Positions 6,920 through 9,980 of a stretch of 9,980 nucleotides of DNA are shown in pieces. Position 1 is the first letter of the stretch, and every line of letters begins with the position of its first letter. The stretch covers positions 1-9,980 of the forward strand of contig JAKMXF010000195.1 of assembly GCA_024704765.1 (NCBI GenBank). Direction: 5' to 3'. This DNA is from Oopsacas minuta. Lineage: Eukaryota > Animalia > Porifera. Below the pieces are notes generated by a model, which did not search any database, had not been told where the DNA came from, and saw nothing but the letters and a program-made list of their open reading frames with translations. Position numbers and translations under genes: made by a program.

Positions 6920-7834
6920 TCATCCCCTCTGAGGAAAGTTTGCAACTTGCTCAGAAACCATAAACGGACAATCTACCCTCTCTTTAACTTTAGTTAAGTG
7001 CTGCACTCGATCTTGCCACCCAGGTTCTGCAGAAGTTTTCTCGGATTCGATTAATATATCCAAATAGTCACTAGTTGATAGTGAGGTCGGCTTCAGAGCC
7101 AATTCATTCAATTTATTAATACTTTTACGTAATTCTTCAGTAATGGCTATAATTTGGGCTTGAACAGTCTCATATTCACTCTCCACTTTATGGACTATCA
7201 ATTGAGCTGATGTTACCTTACCGTTCGCATCTTGATATCTTTGTTTCAGTTGATTGAAGGTTTTCTTGACAGTTCTGCGTTTGGTAGTATAATAATATCT
7301 CATATTCTTGTGTTGTATCCAATGACATCCCTTTCTACATACTTTTCAATGGGCATCCGCCTTACCCCCATCATCCATAGCAGAACGCCTATACTTCTCT
7401 CCGTCATTTGAAATTCCGCATGGTGAATGACACGTGAAATTGCAGGTTAGGCAGTTCGTCACATAAGTGTTGGGTTCTAGGTTATGTGTAACAATACTAT
7501 CTTCTTCAACTTCATACGTAAAGTCCTTGTTACGAATAATATCCACTTTATGTTGTTCAACAATTTGAGCTAACCGTTTAAGGTATTCTAATTTTTTGAG
7601 ACCTTGCTTAACACGAAATTGAAGCCCCTCAACCTGAGTTTCTATTCGTTCCCTTTCCTCAAGTACCAACTTAGTTTGCGTCTATGATTTAGCACATGTA
7701 GTGGAAAATAGAGTGAAAAATATATCAAAACTTTTCATTCCCATCTTCCAAAACTTCTTAGAAAGTTCGTCCTCTGTGGAGCTATCTTCGAAAATGACAG
7801 AATTATTGAATTTAAAATAGTCTTTGTATGGCAT
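6920..7834 (-). pseudogene. Pseudogenised C-terminal half of a septin/AIG1-like GTPase-family protein (coiled coil plus Cys/His-rich region; P-loop domain absent)
   Basis: One frame from 7834 to 6920: MPYKDYFKFNNSVIF...FWKMGMKSFDIFF...KS*TQTKLVLEERERIE...TNCLTCNFTCHSPCGI...SAMD...AH*KVCRKGCHWIQHKNMRYYY...LALKPTSLSTSDYLDILIESEK...PGWQDRV. In-frame TAG at 7682-7684 and TGA at 7346-7348. Family assignment is from recall of the FKFNNS/FWxMG/CxxCxxTCH pattern, not from a search. Confidence 0.7.
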
Positions 7835-8654
7835 TTGGATTTAAAGATTAACACATATTTTAAAAATTATACATACGAAACTTTCAGTAACCTAAGTTGC
7901 AAATAAGTGATAATACAGTAATATAGGCGCGCCCTCTGAAATCTATTTAGTGACGTGGACTATTTGGGTTGTTGGGAGATTTGTATGTGGCATAAGTTGT
8001 TGATGTCTAGCTAGCAACCTATGCTGCAGGTTAGAAATCCCGTATTTATCCAAACTACGTTATAAGTACATTGCAATTTGATGTAGTTTCGAGTTCTGAA
8101 GGCCTCACTTATACTAGCAGGTATTTGAATGGGAATTACTGCGTAACTGATGGTCTCACCACAGTTGTAGAATCAAGTGGAGTAAAAGTGTGCCAATCAT
8201 ATCATTTCACTAGCTTCACCGAATATATCCACTCTAATGGAGATGAAAAATGATTGAGGAAGTAACTTCTCTTGACCAACCCAAGCCAAAGAGAAAATGG
8301 AATTTGTTTGAATCGGGCTAAATGCTGATACTCCTATCGAGATGACAACTGACGTAGTGTTTAATCCAGCTCCAGCCAAAAGCCGGATAGTTGGCATGTC
8401 TGATTATCAATGCCCGGCAAATTTATGATTGTTAATCTTGCGCGCATAATCATACACATATGCTTTAAGTTTAGTTTACAGGGCTTGACTAACCTATGAG
8501 GTTTTCGAATAAGGAGTTCTCTTATTCCTCTGTCCCAGAGCAACCTGTTATCACGAAAATCGTATGTTCGTATACATGCGAATGATTTAAGTTATCGCCT
8601 AAAAATCAGTTCTGTAATGGGTCTGAAAAGATACTGTCTCTAAGATACGTATTA

Positions 8655-8776
8655 TATTTGAATATCTTTGGCTGTGTCTAAATTTTAAACTACCTAGTGG
8701 AACTAGGATAAGACTTACTCCTTCTAGAAACTATCATTACTTAGGTAGTTTAGACAATGTGAAAGATATTCAAATA
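8655..8776. repeat. Imperfect inverted repeat (MITE-like or hairpin)
   Basis: tatttgaatatcttt (8655-8669) pairs perfectly with aaagatattcaaata (8762-8776); tgtctaa pairs with ttagaca; aaactaccta (8687-8696) pairs with taggtagttt (8742-8751); spacer about 45 nt. Confidence 0.6.
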
Positions 8777-9286
8777 GATGGCTACATCATCCTACTCGTA
8801 GATCTTAATTACAGATACATAAAAACAACAATAAATTTGCATATGAGAAACTTAAAAATGCAAAATTCGGGTTCAGTGTGCATTGTTAACCCATTGTAGT
8901 CGTTAAGAACAAGTCTCTAGGTAAGATTTCAAGTATTTGTTTACTTAATACTCATAAAAACAACAAAAAATTTACATATGATTAATTAAAAAAATCAGAT
9001 TCATCACATTCGATATATTTAGCCAAGTTTTGTTGAAGTTTTGATTACTTTCTTCGTAAATGCGATAAATGCATAGTTATGCGACACAAAGAATCTAAGG
9101 ACTCAAATCGTTCAGTGCTAGACTAGCGTTAACTCAGGAATATTAATGTTTATGTTCAGATCATTGACCATCCAAATTGTGTGGAATTTAATGCAAATTA
9201 TGTTATGTTGTCACTCAAAACCAGACTCATGCTCCAGGCTGGACAGATCCAGCGTATATCTATTATTCAGCTTATTTGAATATATT

Positions 9287-9330
9287 CATTCGTAAGAATT
9301 CGAAATTGTGAAAGTTCGAATTTACGAATG
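9287..9330. repeat. Short hairpin: 16-bp stem with a 2-nt bulge and a 10-nt loop
   Basis: cattcgtaa-ga-attcgaa / attgtgaaag / ttcgaat-ttacgaatg. Confidence 0.6.
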
Positions 9331-9508
9331 TTGACTGTGAGGAGACATCAATAAAGTATATATACAATTATAACTTCAAGAAACAAACATTCACAAACTA
9401 TTGATTCAATAAATAATACGAAAATATCCTGATAGACCAGAGGATAGTAGTTAGGAGAACTAAAGGAAAAAATCAATTTCAAAAGTATGCTAAACAAAAT
9501 AAAATATA

Positions 9509-9972
9509 TCAAATAATAACCAAATAACTTACATTCGAGTATATTAGACTTTGTGGATCATCTCCACATTTCATTATCTCATAATCTCGATCTCTCTTCT
9601 CTTCTCCAATCAGCTTACCAACTACCTCAAATATCCTACCATCTTCATCAATATGCGCATAGGTTGGCTCTAGGTTAGTTTCAATAATTGTTCTCTCCGC
9701 GTGGAACTGCGATTTTCCTTCAGTAGCTCTATTAGGTCCCAAATTATAATATCCATGAGATGCGGATTCCTTTAAAGACATTTCAATATGATCTTTGTTA
9801 GATTGCATAGGTTTGCACTGGCTTTTTGGAACAATTTTCTTAAACTTTACATACCAAATTACATTAATAGTGAAAATAGCTATAATTACAGATATCAATA
9901 TTATAATGATTATAATCAGTGGGACTACGATACTTATATTAACATCAGGACATTGAGAAGTACCAGATACAT
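9509..9972 (-). CDS. Transmembrane and cytoplasmic-tail exon of a separate single-pass type I membrane receptor
   Basis: Frame is open from the right edge: DVSGTSQCPDVNIS-IVVPLIIIIIILISVIIAIFTINVIWY-VKFKK, followed by a tail of about 110 aa with YYNL, YAHI, YEIM and YSNV. Plausible phase-1 acceptor taacag| at 9973-9974. Ends at TGA 9509-9511 or at a possible donor |gtaagt at 9531-9532. Confidence 0.8.
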
Positions 9973-9980
9973 CTGTTAAG

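Noticed and set aside
2321-7348. Alternative genetic code or stop read-through (TGA at Trp position 2321; TGA at Cys position 7346)
   Set aside because: The two TGAs replace different residues, TAG and TAA stops and frameshifts occur in the same genes, and the host exons contain no in-frame stops. Ordinary pseudogene decay explains them.
7887-7952. Minus-strand peptide H*IDFRGRAYITVLSLICNLG resembling the DFRGRxY motif of T7-like/mitochondrial RNA polymerases
   Set aside because: Only about 7 matching residues, flanked by stops, with no other polymerase motif nearby; likely chance. A BLASTX of 7850-8050 would settle it.
8507-8527. Small stem gaataag...cttattc
   Set aside because: A 7-bp AT-rich stem is expected by chance in this composition.
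8361-8543. Minus-strand 60-aa ORF
   Set aside because: Short, starts at a non-ATG codon, has no recognisable motif, and is expected by chance.
9350-9489. Possible next exon after a 43-nt intron (acceptor tttag at 9490-9491)
   Set aside because: The intron would be very short and the translation (HTFEIDFSFSS...) looks like AT-rich non-coding sequence; cannot be supported without cDNA.
9788-9979. Plus-strand 63-aa Tyr/Asn-rich ORF
   Set aside because: Antisense to the Ile-rich TM coding region; ATH codons read as TAT/AAT/GAT on the opposite strand.
1-9980. tRNA, rRNA or other known structured RNA genes
   Set aside because: No cloverleaf or rRNA-like segment was recognised by eye.

Overview
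AT-rich eukaryotic (metazoan-type) genomic DNA with short GT-AG introns; all recognisable coding sequence is on the minus strand. The main feature (6802 to <1) is a spliced cell-surface or extracellular protein gene: one exon with two cadherin-like repeats, then at least seven fibronectin type III (FN3) exons, one domain each, all intron phase 1 (about 1015 aa in the window, running off the left edge). Five of the FN3 exons come from tandem duplication of an A-B exon pair (A1-B1, A2-B2, A3 plus a diverged B-like exon). A decayed Mutator-like (MULE) transposon with FLYWCH and DDE motifs (911-2716) sits in one duplicated intron. Upstream on the same strand are a pseudogenised C-terminal half of a septin/AIG1-like GTPase-family gene (6920-7834) and the transmembrane plus Tyr-motif tail exon of a separate single-pass receptor (9509-9972). 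A single N lies at 6882. The FN3 style and compact introns suggest a non-bilaterian animal, possibly a sponge; this is inference, not a search result.
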